This document shows positions 1 through 7,415 of a stretch of 24,193 nt of DNA, in pieces (position 1 is the stretch's first letter; each line of letters opens with the position of its first letter). The notes under the pieces were generated by a model, which searched no databases, was not told where the DNA came from, and saw only the letters and a list, made by a program, of their open reading frames with translations. The stretch lies in assembly GCA_964623715.1 (NCBI GenBank), contig CAZURP010000004.1, positions 1-24,193 on the forward strand. Direction: 5' to 3'. The translations under genes were made by a program, and so were the position numbers. Origin of the DNA: an uncultured Isosphaeraceae bacterium. Lineage in GTDB: Bacteria; Planctomycetota; Phycisphaerae; Phycisphaerales; SM1A02.

Positions 1-276
1 GGGGTCAGGTTCAACAAGGTCAAGGACGCTTGCAATTGGCAGTTGGTTGCGGTGATCAGCACTGTACATCGTGAGTGCTTGCCCGAACTGACGTTGGTTC
101 GCTCCGCAAAGAACACGTCGTGCGTTTTCACGCACAGACGAAAGCGCGGGCATCAACAATCCCATTAACAACGTTGTGATACTTATGACAACAATCAACT
201 CGAGTAAGCTAAACCCGCGTCGCCTGTGTGGCAAACGTCGAAGGGTTGTACAAGTTGTAGCTGTTGTTTTCATCAT
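1..276 (-). CDS. Prepilin-type N-terminal cleavage/methylation domain protein (planctomycete DUF1559-like), 3' end truncated by the window edge; absent from ORF track
   Basis: Manual translation from ATG at 276: MMKTTATTCTTLRRLPHRRR-G|FSLLELIVVISITTLLMGLLMPALSSVRENARRVLCGANQRQFGQALTMYSADH. Basic leader, G|F cleavage site, Glu+5, hydrophobic helix, and the LLxPALxxxRExARRxxCxxNxRQxGxAxxxY pattern typical of planctomycete prepilin-like proteins. Frame is open to position 1. Confidence 0.88.
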   Translation of the reverse strand, partial: MMKTTATTCTTLRRLPHRRRGFSLLELIVVISITTLLMGLLMPALSSVRENARRVLCGANQRQFGQALTMYSADHRNQLPIASVLDLVEPDP

Positions 277-453
277 TACGTTGGTCTGTACGATTACGAC
301 CTATAAGTAGCATAATCGAAATACTGAAAAAAGCGATAATAAACTGAAAACTTCTGTAAAAAAACGCTACACTCCTAAGTTGCTATACAAAAAAACACTA
401 CCTTTGTTAGGTATTTGTTAAGTCTTTATGGATTACTTGTGCAGGAGAGCACT

Positions 454-1020
454 TTGCTAAACGAAGAACCAGATTATCGATTGATGCGCCGAGTTGCTCT
501 TGGCGAGGAAGATGCAGTTACAGAACTGTACGATCGATATTGTGCGCTCGTTTTTAAGCTTTCATTGCAATTTCTATCCAATAATGCGGAAGCGGAAGAC
601 GCCGTACAAGAGGTTTTTGTGCGGCTTTGGAAGACCGCAGATAGGTTTGACCCCAGAAAAGCGAAGTTAGTCACTTGGGTGATGCTTATTACCAGACGTC
701 ATTTAATCGACCGTATTCGTCGAAAAACAGTACGTCCGAAACAACAAGAATTTACAGAACACCACGAAGAATCTGCAACCGATGTGCCATTACCATCGAA
801 TACATTACTACATGAACGAAACGCCTTGCTCTGGGAAGCACTCCAAGCACTCCCAGAAATGCAAAGAATTGTTATAGAACGGGCGTACTTTCATGGGTTC
901 ACTTTGCGTGAAGTGAGCAGGCAGTTAGATGCACCGCTTGGAACGGTGAAGTCGGCACTCAGTCGAGGATTACTCCGCCTGCGGGGGCAAGGAAATAAAG
1001 ATATAGCAGCCCAGTTGTAA
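454..1020 (+). CDS. ECF (sigma-70 group 4) RNA polymerase sigma factor
   Basis: Region 2 (AEDAVQEVFVRLWKTADRFD, TWVMLITRRHLIDRIR) and region 4 HTH (LPEMQRIVIERAYFHGFTLREVSRQLDAPLGTVKSALSRGL). The ORF track starts at 415, but in-frame TTG at 454 follows AGGAG (443-447) and is the preferred start. Confidence 0.93.
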   Translation: MLNEEPDYRLMRRVALGEEDAVTELYDRYCALVFKLSLQFLSNNAEAEDAVQEVFVRLWKTADRFDPRKAKLVTWVMLITRRHLIDRIRRKTVRPKQQEFTEHHEESATDVPLPSNTLLHERNALLWEALQALPEMQRIVIERAYFHGFTLREVSRQLDAPLGTVKSALSRGLLRLRGQGNKDIAAQL

Positions 1021-1077
1021 AGAGGGGCGACAAAAGGATTACGACAGTAACGAATCAGATACCGATAGAGCAGTACC

Positions 1078-1872
1078 ATGACGAACGAAACACACAACTA
1101 TAATCAACTCCTTGAACTCGCTGTTCTTGAAGCACATGGTTTGCTTGATCCAATCGAATCCGATTTGTTCACTCGTTCGTTCCACGATGCACCAGTATCG
1201 ATTCAAGAAGAAATTATCCGTATGCAAGAAGCATTTGCGGTGGATACTTCGTTCTTGCCTGATGAGAATCCACCAGCAGAACTTCGCAAGCGCGTACTTC
1301 AGGCAGTTGCAGATACTGCTGATCAAGAAGCCCAGCGACTCGCTCCTTTGGCGCTCATTGGTGCAAGAGCAAGTGCAGCACAAACACAGTACGGCTCATC
1401 GAAAAACATTACTCTGTGGCGAACTGCCGCTGTTGTCTTGTTTGGTGTTGCTGTCGTGCTTGCGGTTATTACACTCGATACACAACGTAAAGCAAATCGC
1501 AGCGCACAACTTGCGCTGAACAGTGCAACGAATACCGCACTGAATGAATTAGTCGGTCACAAATTCAGCGAATTTGTCGGCAACCCATACTGCCAAGTTA
1601 CTCGGCTTGAACGTGCGAGTGGCGACTCCGCTGGCTATCTGCGAATTGCCCTCAACGAACGATTTGGAAATGGATTCGTCATGGGTATCGACCTTGAAGA
1701 CGGTGAAGAAATCATCATCCAGGGTACTACAACTGACGGCACTGTTATCGAACTTGCTCGGCTTACAGCAGACGGCCCGATTGTTGGTCAGGACTTTGAA
1801 ATCGACACTGCGCTTATCAGAGGCATGACAATTACTGCCCTCGACGCAAACACCGGCAAACGCTGGGTGTAA
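1078..1872 (+). CDS. Membrane-anchored anti-sigma factor (RskA-like organisation)
   Basis: Directly downstream of the ECF sigma. N-terminal LLELAVLEAHGLLDPIE resembles anti-sigma N-termini, followed by PPAELRKRVL, one TM helix (WRTAAVVLFGVAVVLAVITL) and a predicted extracytoplasmic C-terminal domain. Confidence 0.78.
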   Translation: MTNETHNYNQLLELAVLEAHGLLDPIESDLFTRSFHDAPVSIQEEIIRMQEAFAVDTSFLPDENPPAELRKRVLQAVADTADQEAQRLAPLALIGARASAAQTQYGSSKNITLWRTAAVVLFGVAVVLAVITLDTQRKANRSAQLALNSATNTALNELVGHKFSEFVGNPYCQVTRLERASGDSAGYLRIALNERFGNGFVMGIDLEDGEEIIIQGTTTDGTVIELARLTADGPIVGQDFEIDTALIRGMTITALDANTGKRWV

Positions 1873-1898
1873 CAAAACGTCATCTCACCTTGACTCCG

Positions 1899-1923
1899 AA
1901 ACGACCCCGCGGGTCGTTTTTTT
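1899..1923 (+). terminator. Rho-independent terminator of the sigma/anti-sigma operon; also copy 1 of a 19-bp palindromic repeat
   Basis: AAACGACCC-CGC-GGGTCGTTT (1899-1919), with a T7 tract at 1917-1923, 26 nt after the anti-sigma stop. Confidence 0.85.
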
Positions 1924-1950
1924 ATACACCTTTGCTTTGGCTAACTGACG

Positions 1951-2143
1951 AAAAAATCGCCGTGCGACGCACACACAGAAGGTGAGCTCAAACCCAGTAC
2001 CAGAAGGTGGGTTCGAATGCCATCATTCCAAGTCGTCCACTTCAGCGTTGCTTTGAGGCATGACTGTCGATGCGGCTTCATACGATCCCTGAGGGTTCGA
2101 TAGGATCGAGCACATACACACTGCGTGTACATCGCACGGCGAC
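1951..2143 (-). ncRNA. ssrS: 6S RNA-like structured ncRNA (~190 nt)
   Basis: On the minus strand, 2143-2121 pairs with 1978-1956 as an uninterrupted 23-bp stem (19 Watson-Crick, 4 G-U), ending in a U tract. The wobble pairs work only on this strand. Internally UCGAACCC (2100-2093) pairs with GGGUUUGA (1995-1988); GAAGCC (2079-2074), GGCAU (2021-2017) and CCCACCU (2011-2005) fall in the order expected around a 6S central bubble. Length fits 6S RNA. Confidence 0.8.
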
Positions 2144-2161
2144 TCGTTTGGTCGCCACTCG

Positions 2162-2190
2162 TACAATACCATGCTCACCATGTATCGCAA
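2162..2190. promoter_or_regulatory. Putative bidirectional sigma-70 promoter for the 6S-like RNA (-) and the MFS gene (+)
   Basis: Minus strand: TTGCGA (2190-2185), 16-nt spacer ending TGG, then TATTGT (2168-2163). Plus strand: TACAAT (2162-2167) overlaps the same bases. Confidence 0.55.
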
Positions 2191-2199
2191 GGATATTTT

Positions 2200-3468
2200 T
2201 TGAAAACCCCATCCAAAGCTCAACACGCTCGTGAACTTATTGCATGGGCATTTTTGCCTATGATGATGGGCGCCATTGAAGGCGGAGTCGTTGGCGTTCT
2301 CACAAAAAGAATGTTTGAAGGCGTTGTCGAACAGACAATACTTGACTGGTCTGTCGCCGCCCTTGCGGCAGCACAAGGTTTTGCGAGCATTTCAAGTTTT
2401 CTATGGGCTGCACTTAGCCACGGCAAACATAAAATTCGTTTTATCACAACCTTAAAAATAGCGTGCGTACTACTTGTTGGAACCGTTTCATTCGTTCCAC
2501 AAACGGCGCTCGGTCTCGCGATGTTGTTGTTCTGTGTCATCGGAACAAGGGTGTGTTACACGGGCATTGTCACATTACGGACAACCGTCTGGCAAGCAAA
2601 TTACCCTCGCACGAATCGTGCGTTCGTTGCTGGAAGAATTGCAACGGTGCAAGCGCTCGTGCTAGCAAGTGTTAGTTTTGGTGTTGGGGAGGCAATGGAC
2701 CTCAACGAAAACGCTATTCGATGGGTCTATCCAGTTGCTGCAAGTTTTGGCGTGCTGGGTGCTTGGATTTACAGCAAAATTCGAGTCCAAGGGCATAAAG
2801 AACTTTTGTCAGAGGAAAAAAGTTCGCCACACCATGTTTCATTTTTGCCTTGGAACACTTTCAAGTTGCTCTTTGAAGATAGTGCGTTCGCAAAATATAT
2901 GGGATGCCAGTTTGTCTTTGGTGTTGGAAACTTAATGCTGACCGCCCCGCTTGTCATCGTGCTCAGCGATCAGTTCGACCTTGGATACCTCGGCGAGATA
3001 ATGATTGTTTCAACCATCCCAATTCTCATGATTCCATTGAGCACCCTTTTTTGGGCGAAACTCCTCGACAAAATGCACGTGTTGTCATTCCGGTCAATTC
3101 ACAGTTGGTTCTTCGTTGTTTCTTCGCTCTGCATTGGCATCAGTATTGCAACACATTCAGTTGCTGGTCTATGGATTGGTGCTGGGATTCGCGGAATTGG
3201 TTTTGGCGGTGGCGTACTCGCTTGGAATCTGGGACACCAAGATTATGCACCCCTCGAACAGTCAAGTCGGTATATGGGTCTGCACGTCACATTGACAGGA
3301 ATTCGTGGTCTTCTCGCACCCGCGTTTGGCATGGCTATTTATACCTTCTTACACAAGAGCGGGTATCAGGCTGGGCCTTTTGTGTTCTACGTTGGGGCTT
3401 TTCTCTCTGCAATCGGTGGAATCGGCTTCATTTTGCTCGCAAAAGCACGTATATCCAACAAAATGTAG
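2200..3468 (+). CDS. MFS transporter
   Basis: About 12 hydrophobic segments in two halves separated by a hydrophilic loop (KIRVQGHKELLSEEKSSPHH); WAKLLDKMH and YMGLHVTLTGIRG are MFS-like. The ORF-track GTG at 2125 lies inside the RNA closing stem; in-frame TTG at 2200 has AAGGA (2189-2193) 6 nt upstream. Confidence 0.85.
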   Translation: MKTPSKAQHARELIAWAFLPMMMGAIEGGVVGVLTKRMFEGVVEQTILDWSVAALAAAQGFASISSFLWAALSHGKHKIRFITTLKIACVLLVGTVSFVPQTALGLAMLLFCVIGTRVCYTGIVTLRTTVWQANYPRTNRAFVAGRIATVQALVLASVSFGVGEAMDLNENAIRWVYPVAASFGVLGAWIYSKIRVQGHKELLSEEKSSPHHVSFLPWNTFKLLFEDSAFAKYMGCQFVFGVGNLMLTAPLVIVLSDQFDLGYLGEIMIVSTIPILMIPLSTLFWAKLLDKMHVLSFRSIHSWFFVVSSLCIGISIATHSVAGLWIGAGIRGIGFGGGVLAWNLGHQDYAPLEQSSRYMGLHVTLTGIRGLLAPAFGMAIYTFLHKSGYQAGPFVFYVGAFLSAIGGIGFILLAKARISNKM

Positions 3469-3497
3469 TTCCAATTATCGTTTTATTTTGGTAATAT
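3469..3497 (+). promoter_or_regulatory. Putative sigma-70 promoter for rpsA
   Basis: TTCCAA (3469-3474), 17-nt spacer ending TGG (extended -10), TAATAT (3492-3497). Confidence 0.4.
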
Positions 3498-3639
3498 GCA
3501 CGGCTCGCCTGTCCTTTCAGCAGGCATGTGAACCCCCGCTGTTTCTCTCTTATTGCGCAATGTGTGCATGGAACCAACGGCTCACACAAGCAACCACGAC
3601 AGCGACCACGTGGCCAAGATTGAAATGTCGCAAACCCAC

Positions 3640-5394
3640 ATGGTAGATTACAATTTGATCGCGGATATCGGAATCGATTTCGACGAAGTCGATGCAATGA
3701 TTTCAGCCTCCCTAGGCGAAGAAGTTGCTGGCGGAAACATGGATACACTTATTTCGAGTGAAATCCAACAGTTCGTTCCTGGAAATATGCTCAAGGGGAA
3801 AATCGGCGGTAAAGCTGGTGATGATGCTGTCATCGACGTTGGCCTAAAATCCGAAGGTCTTATTCACAAGAGTGAGTTTGACGATTGGGATTCGCTCGAG
3901 TCCGGTATTGAAATCGAAGTCATCCTCGAAGATCTCGAAGATGAAAACGGCATCATTAAACTCTCCAAGCGAAAAGCCGACCGCATTCGCAACTGGGAAA
4001 AAGTTCTCGAAACATACAACGAAGGTGACATCGTTGAAGGCAAAGGCATTCGCCGAATCAAAGGTGGCATTCTTGTTGACATAGGCGTCCCTGCGTTCCT
4101 CCCTGCATCCCAAATCGACGTTCGACGACCTGGTGATGTCAATGAATTCCTTGGCAAAACAATTCGTGCTGAAATTCTCAAAATTGATGAGCCACGACGA
4201 AACATCGTCGTCAGCCGCCGAACACTCATCGAGAGTGAACGCGATGAAGCGAAGCAACGCCTACTCAACACAATCAACGAAGGCGATGTCATCATTGGCA
4301 AAGTAACGAATGTTGCTGAGTTTGGTGCGTTTATTGACCTTGGTGGAATTGATGGTCTACTCCACGTCACTGACATGAGTTGGGGACGAATCAAACACCC
4401 AAGCGATATGTGCAAAACTGGTGATGAGCTTGAAGTGAAGGTTCTTAAAGTAGACTTCGACACTGAAAAAATTGCACTCGGTCTGAAGCAGAAAGAGGCA
4501 TCACCCTGGGACGATATCGAAGGTCGCTTCCCCGTGCAAACACGCGTTACTGGCAAAGTTGTCAACCTCGTCAGTTACGGAGCCTTTGTGCACCTTGAAG
4601 ATGGTGTCGAAGGGCTTGTTCATGATTCAGAAATGTCATGGCGCAAACGAATTAACCACCCAAGCGAAGTCGTATCACCTGGAGATGAGATCGACGTAGT
4701 CGTGCTTGACATCGATAAGGACAAGCACGAAATTTCGCTTGGCATGAAGCAAGTCGAATCCAATCCGTGGGAAATCGTTGCTGAGAAATATCCAATCGGA
4801 ACTATCGTTTCCGGTGCCGTGCGAAACCTTACAAACTACGGTGCATTCGTAGAAATCGAACCTGGCATCGATGGTTTGTTGCATGTAAGTGACATTTCAT
4901 GGACAGAAAAGATTGCGCATCCAAACGAGAAATACAAGAAGAACGACGAAGTCGAATGCATGGTGCTTGAAATTGATCAAGAAAAACAACGCATCTCACT
5001 TGGCATGAAACAAATGCACGAAGATCCATGGCAAAACGCAATTCCAGAAGCGTACAAGCCTGGCATGGTTGTGCACGGCACTGTTACCAAGATTACAAAC
5101 TTCGGTGTATTTGTTGAACTTGAAGATGGACTTGAAGGATTGCTTCACATCTCCGAACTTGCTGACAAGAAGGTGGATAGCCCACAAGACATTGTCAAAG
5201 CAGGCGAAGAAGTCAATGTGAAAATTCTCAGAGTAGACCTCGATGATCGTAAAATAGGTCTATCACTCAAGCGTGCATTGTCTGGCGAAGACATTGAAGA
5301 AAACTGGGAAGCACATGTTCCAAAGAGTGACTCGCCAGAACGTGGTGGCATGGATGATCACGGTGCACTTGGTACCGACAAAATCGAACTGTAA
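3640..5394 (+). CDS. rpsA: 30S ribosomal protein S1
   Basis: Six S1 repeats (DVGLKSEG, AFLPASQID, FGAFIDLGGIDGLLHVTDMSW, YGAFVHLEDGVEGLVH, YGAFVEIEPGIDGLLHVSDISW, FGVFVELEDGLEGLLHISEL). The ORF is open from 3553; ATG at 3640 (MVDYNLI) is preferred by resemblance to planctomycete S1 N-termini, but the start is uncertain. Confidence 0.97.
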   Translation: MVDYNLIADIGIDFDEVDAMISASLGEEVAGGNMDTLISSEIQQFVPGNMLKGKIGGKAGDDAVIDVGLKSEGLIHKSEFDDWDSLESGIEIEVILEDLEDENGIIKLSKRKADRIRNWEKVLETYNEGDIVEGKGIRRIKGGILVDIGVPAFLPASQIDVRRPGDVNEFLGKTIRAEILKIDEPRRNIVVSRRTLIESERDEAKQRLLNTINEGDVIIGKVTNVAEFGAFIDLGGIDGLLHVTDMSWGRIKHPSDMCKTGDELEVKVLKVDFDTEKIALGLKQKEASPWDDIEGRFPVQTRVTGKVVNLVSYGAFVHLEDGVEGLVHDSEMSWRKRINHPSEVVSPGDEIDVVVLDIDKDKHEISLGMKQVESNPWEIVAEKYPIGTIVSGAVRNLTNYGAFVEIEPGIDGLLHVSDISWTEKIAHPNEKYKKNDEVECMVLEIDQEKQRISLGMKQMHEDPWQNAIPEAYKPGMVVHGTVTKITNFGVFVELEDGLEGLLHISELADKKVDSPQDIVKAGEEVNVKILRVDLDDRKIGLSLKRALSGEDIEENWEAHVPKSDSPERGGMDDHGALGTDKIEL

Positions 5395-5413
5395 ACACAG
5401 TTCTCTGTAATAC

Positions 5414-5460
5414 AAAAGTGGGGGGCCGTTTTCATTTGAACGGGGCCGCTTTTCTTCTCT
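5414..5460 (+). terminator. Possible imperfect terminator after rpsA
   Basis: AAAAGTGG/CCGCTTTT outer stem and CCGTT/AACGG inner stem with an internal loop, followed by a pyrimidine run. Confidence 0.35.
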
Positions 5461-5683
5461 CTTCTCCATGCATCTCGTGATGCCAAAGTCAGCATAGCGC
5501 TAAAAATGTAAGGACGGTCAAAAGGACTACTTTTCGCCTATGTCGCGTCATCTCTGTTGCATGCTTCAGCACTCGCATCTCTCGTAAAGAACCTCTTCTC
5601 TTCATTTCGTTCGCTTTGTCTCTCGGACACCGCTATCATGCACGAACTTTCTTGCAATGCAAGTGTAAATGTGTATTTTCTTT

Positions 5684-7396
5684 ATGAGCAACACTCCCTT
5701 ACTACGTTTTTTTGCCTTTCTTGCCCTTTTCGGTTCAGTCTGTGCGGATTATGCCTTTGCAGAAGCACCCACTTTTCAGGATGTTGAACGAGCGGTGGTC
5801 GCCCTTCGAGGGTGGATACAAGATGATTTACATGTCCCAGAGGATTCCTCAATCGCTCTTCCTGCTGAAACCTCTGTCTGCGTAATTTTGCGGCACCACG
5901 GGCAGGTTCTTGGTGTGGGCGTCGCACACGGACAGGATAAAGGCCCTCTTGAGGAAGCAGCAACCGCAGCATTCGCAGAAACAAATCGTGATAAGACGTT
6001 CGCGAAACTTTCCTCTGCATTCAAAGCAATCGCCAGCAATTCGATTTCGATTGAGGTGGAACTCGGTGGTAAACCAATTCCATCGCCAAGTAAAAACTAC
6101 GCACGTTTTTCACACAAAATACGTCCGGGTGTTGATGGTATCGCTGCGCGCAGAAATAACCAGTGGGATATACGCTTACCCGCAGCTTTGCGATTATCAC
6201 CACGAAGAAAAATATCAAGTGTGCTTGCTTCTGTTTGCTTAAACGTAGGCGTACACCCAGCCATTGCGATTTCTGGTGAGTTGCCACAAGGCGAAGACGT
6301 GACTCTTTATTCCATTCCAACAGTCACTGGTTTCCAAAAAGAAACTGGAGCGAAAGTTGCCCTACTTATTCGCGGGGATGAGCTTGTAGCAGATATATGC
6401 ACACTGGAAACAATTACCTCACTTGCAAACATCCTTGCGAAACACCTCATTGTGTGCACAAGCGAAACAGGCACCGTCATCGGACGGTACCAGCCGGAAA
6501 CTGATTCATTCTCTTCGCCGATTGCATCTCCCTTTGTTCAGCTCATGGTCGCAAGTGCGTTGGAAGAATACGCTTCGCTTCAAACAAGTTCCTTTCGGGA
6601 GAATGCTCGATCAACTGCTTCGAACATCATCGGCGATGTCGAGAAGAAGTATTACGACCACGAGGCAATCCCAATTGAAGTTGCCGCGAGCACTGTGCTT
6701 CTTCTCGCTTCAAGTCCAGCCCCTTGGAGCAATGAAATACTACAATTTATGCACGCGTGCAAAGAGACTGTATTGCGTGTTACTGGGGAGACTGTACAGA
6801 GTGAAGCCCTTTCTGAACCACCACATATTTATGCAATTCTTGCTCAGGCAATGAGCGAAATTGCAACGAATGCAGCTAATCCAAAAGTACAAAAACTTGC
6901 AGAAAGTCTTTGCCTGCTCTGCATCGAAAACATTCCATTGGAATCGAAGGTTTCAACTATTCCTTGGTTGTTTGACGCAGTCGCACTACTGAATGCAAAC
7001 GGTAGTAGGCTTCCTACTGAAACCATGGATGAATTACTGAACATCGCACTTGCATCCCAAGTCACAGCAACCAAAGAGCCCGAGTTAGCTGGCGGGTTTT
7101 TACTCACAAGCGATGATGGTCTCGTTGCTGATGCCCGAGGACTACGAATGGTCCAAATGCTTGCAAAATCTGAATCAATACTTGCAAAAGAAGCACTTCT
7201 TGAAGCGCTTCGTTTTGCAATCCAACTCACAACAAGCGACGAAAGAGCAAACCGTTTTCAGGCACCCTCCTTTGCACTCGGTGGAGTTCGCGCCTCTATG
7301 TGGGACGCAGCAATGCCCACTGAAGCAACGGCAATGACGTTACTTGGTGTAGTGCAGGCAATTAAAGCGATGCAATCCTGTACGCCTTCAAAATGA
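5684..7396 (+). CDS. Exported protein with an N-terminal AMMECR1-like domain and a helical C-terminal domain
   Basis: Signal-like N-terminus (MSNTPLLRFFAFLALFGSVCADYAFA). SVCVILRHHGQVLGVG, PLEEAATAAFAET, ISIEVEL and IRPGVDGIAARR..LPA follow the AMMECR1 motif order. The C-terminal half is helix-rich with GGF and ALGGVRASMWD. ORF track starts at 5669. Confidence 0.6.
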   Translation: MSNTPLLRFFAFLALFGSVCADYAFAEAPTFQDVERAVVALRGWIQDDLHVPEDSSIALPAETSVCVILRHHGQVLGVGVAHGQDKGPLEEAATAAFAETNRDKTFAKLSSAFKAIASNSISIEVELGGKPIPSPSKNYARFSHKIRPGVDGIAARRNNQWDIRLPAALRLSPRRKISSVLASVCLNVGVHPAIAISGELPQGEDVTLYSIPTVTGFQKETGAKVALLIRGDELVADICTLETITSLANILAKHLIVCTSETGTVIGRYQPETDSFSSPIASPFVQLMVASALEEYASLQTSSFRENARSTASNIIGDVEKKYYDHEAIPIEVAASTVLLLASSPAPWSNEILQFMHACKETVLRVTGETVQSEALSEPPHIYAILAQAMSEIATNAANPKVQKLAESLCLLCIENIPLESKVSTIPWLFDAVALLNANGSRLPTETMDELLNIALASQVTATKEPELAGGFLLTSDDGLVADARGLRMVQMLAKSESILAKEALLEALRFAIQLTTSDERANRFQAPSFALGGVRASMWDAAMPTEATAMTLLGVVQAIKAMQSCTPSK

Positions 7397-7400
7397 TGCG

Positions 7401-7415
7401 TATACTTCATCTATG
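7401..7415 (+). promoter_or_regulatory. Leaderless-type start: -10 hexamer 6 nt upstream of ATG
   Basis: TATACT (7401-7406), TCATCT, ATG (7413); no Shine-Dalgarno sequence in the 16-nt intergenic gap. Confidence 0.5.

Noticed and set aside
1-8. GGGGTCAG matches the reverse complement of the CTGACCCC unit at the right edge
   Set aside because: Only 8 bp and explained by Pro-Asp-Pro codons of the prepilin gene.
1951-2143. tmRNA, SRP RNA, RNase P RNA or tRNA identity for the structured RNA
   Set aside because: No tRNA-like ends or CCA, no SRP helix-8 GNRA motif that I could find, too short for RNase P; the layout fits 6S better.
1941-2376. ORFs 1941..2132 (-) and 2023..2376 (-)
   Set aside because: No recognisable protein features; they overlap the structured RNA and the MFS gene, and the base pairing explains the sequence better.
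5395-5683. 289-nt gap between rpsA and the AMMECR1-like gene as a possible ncRNA or small gene
   Set aside because: No long stem or known motif found beyond the weak terminator; ORF 5557..5787 has no protein-like features.
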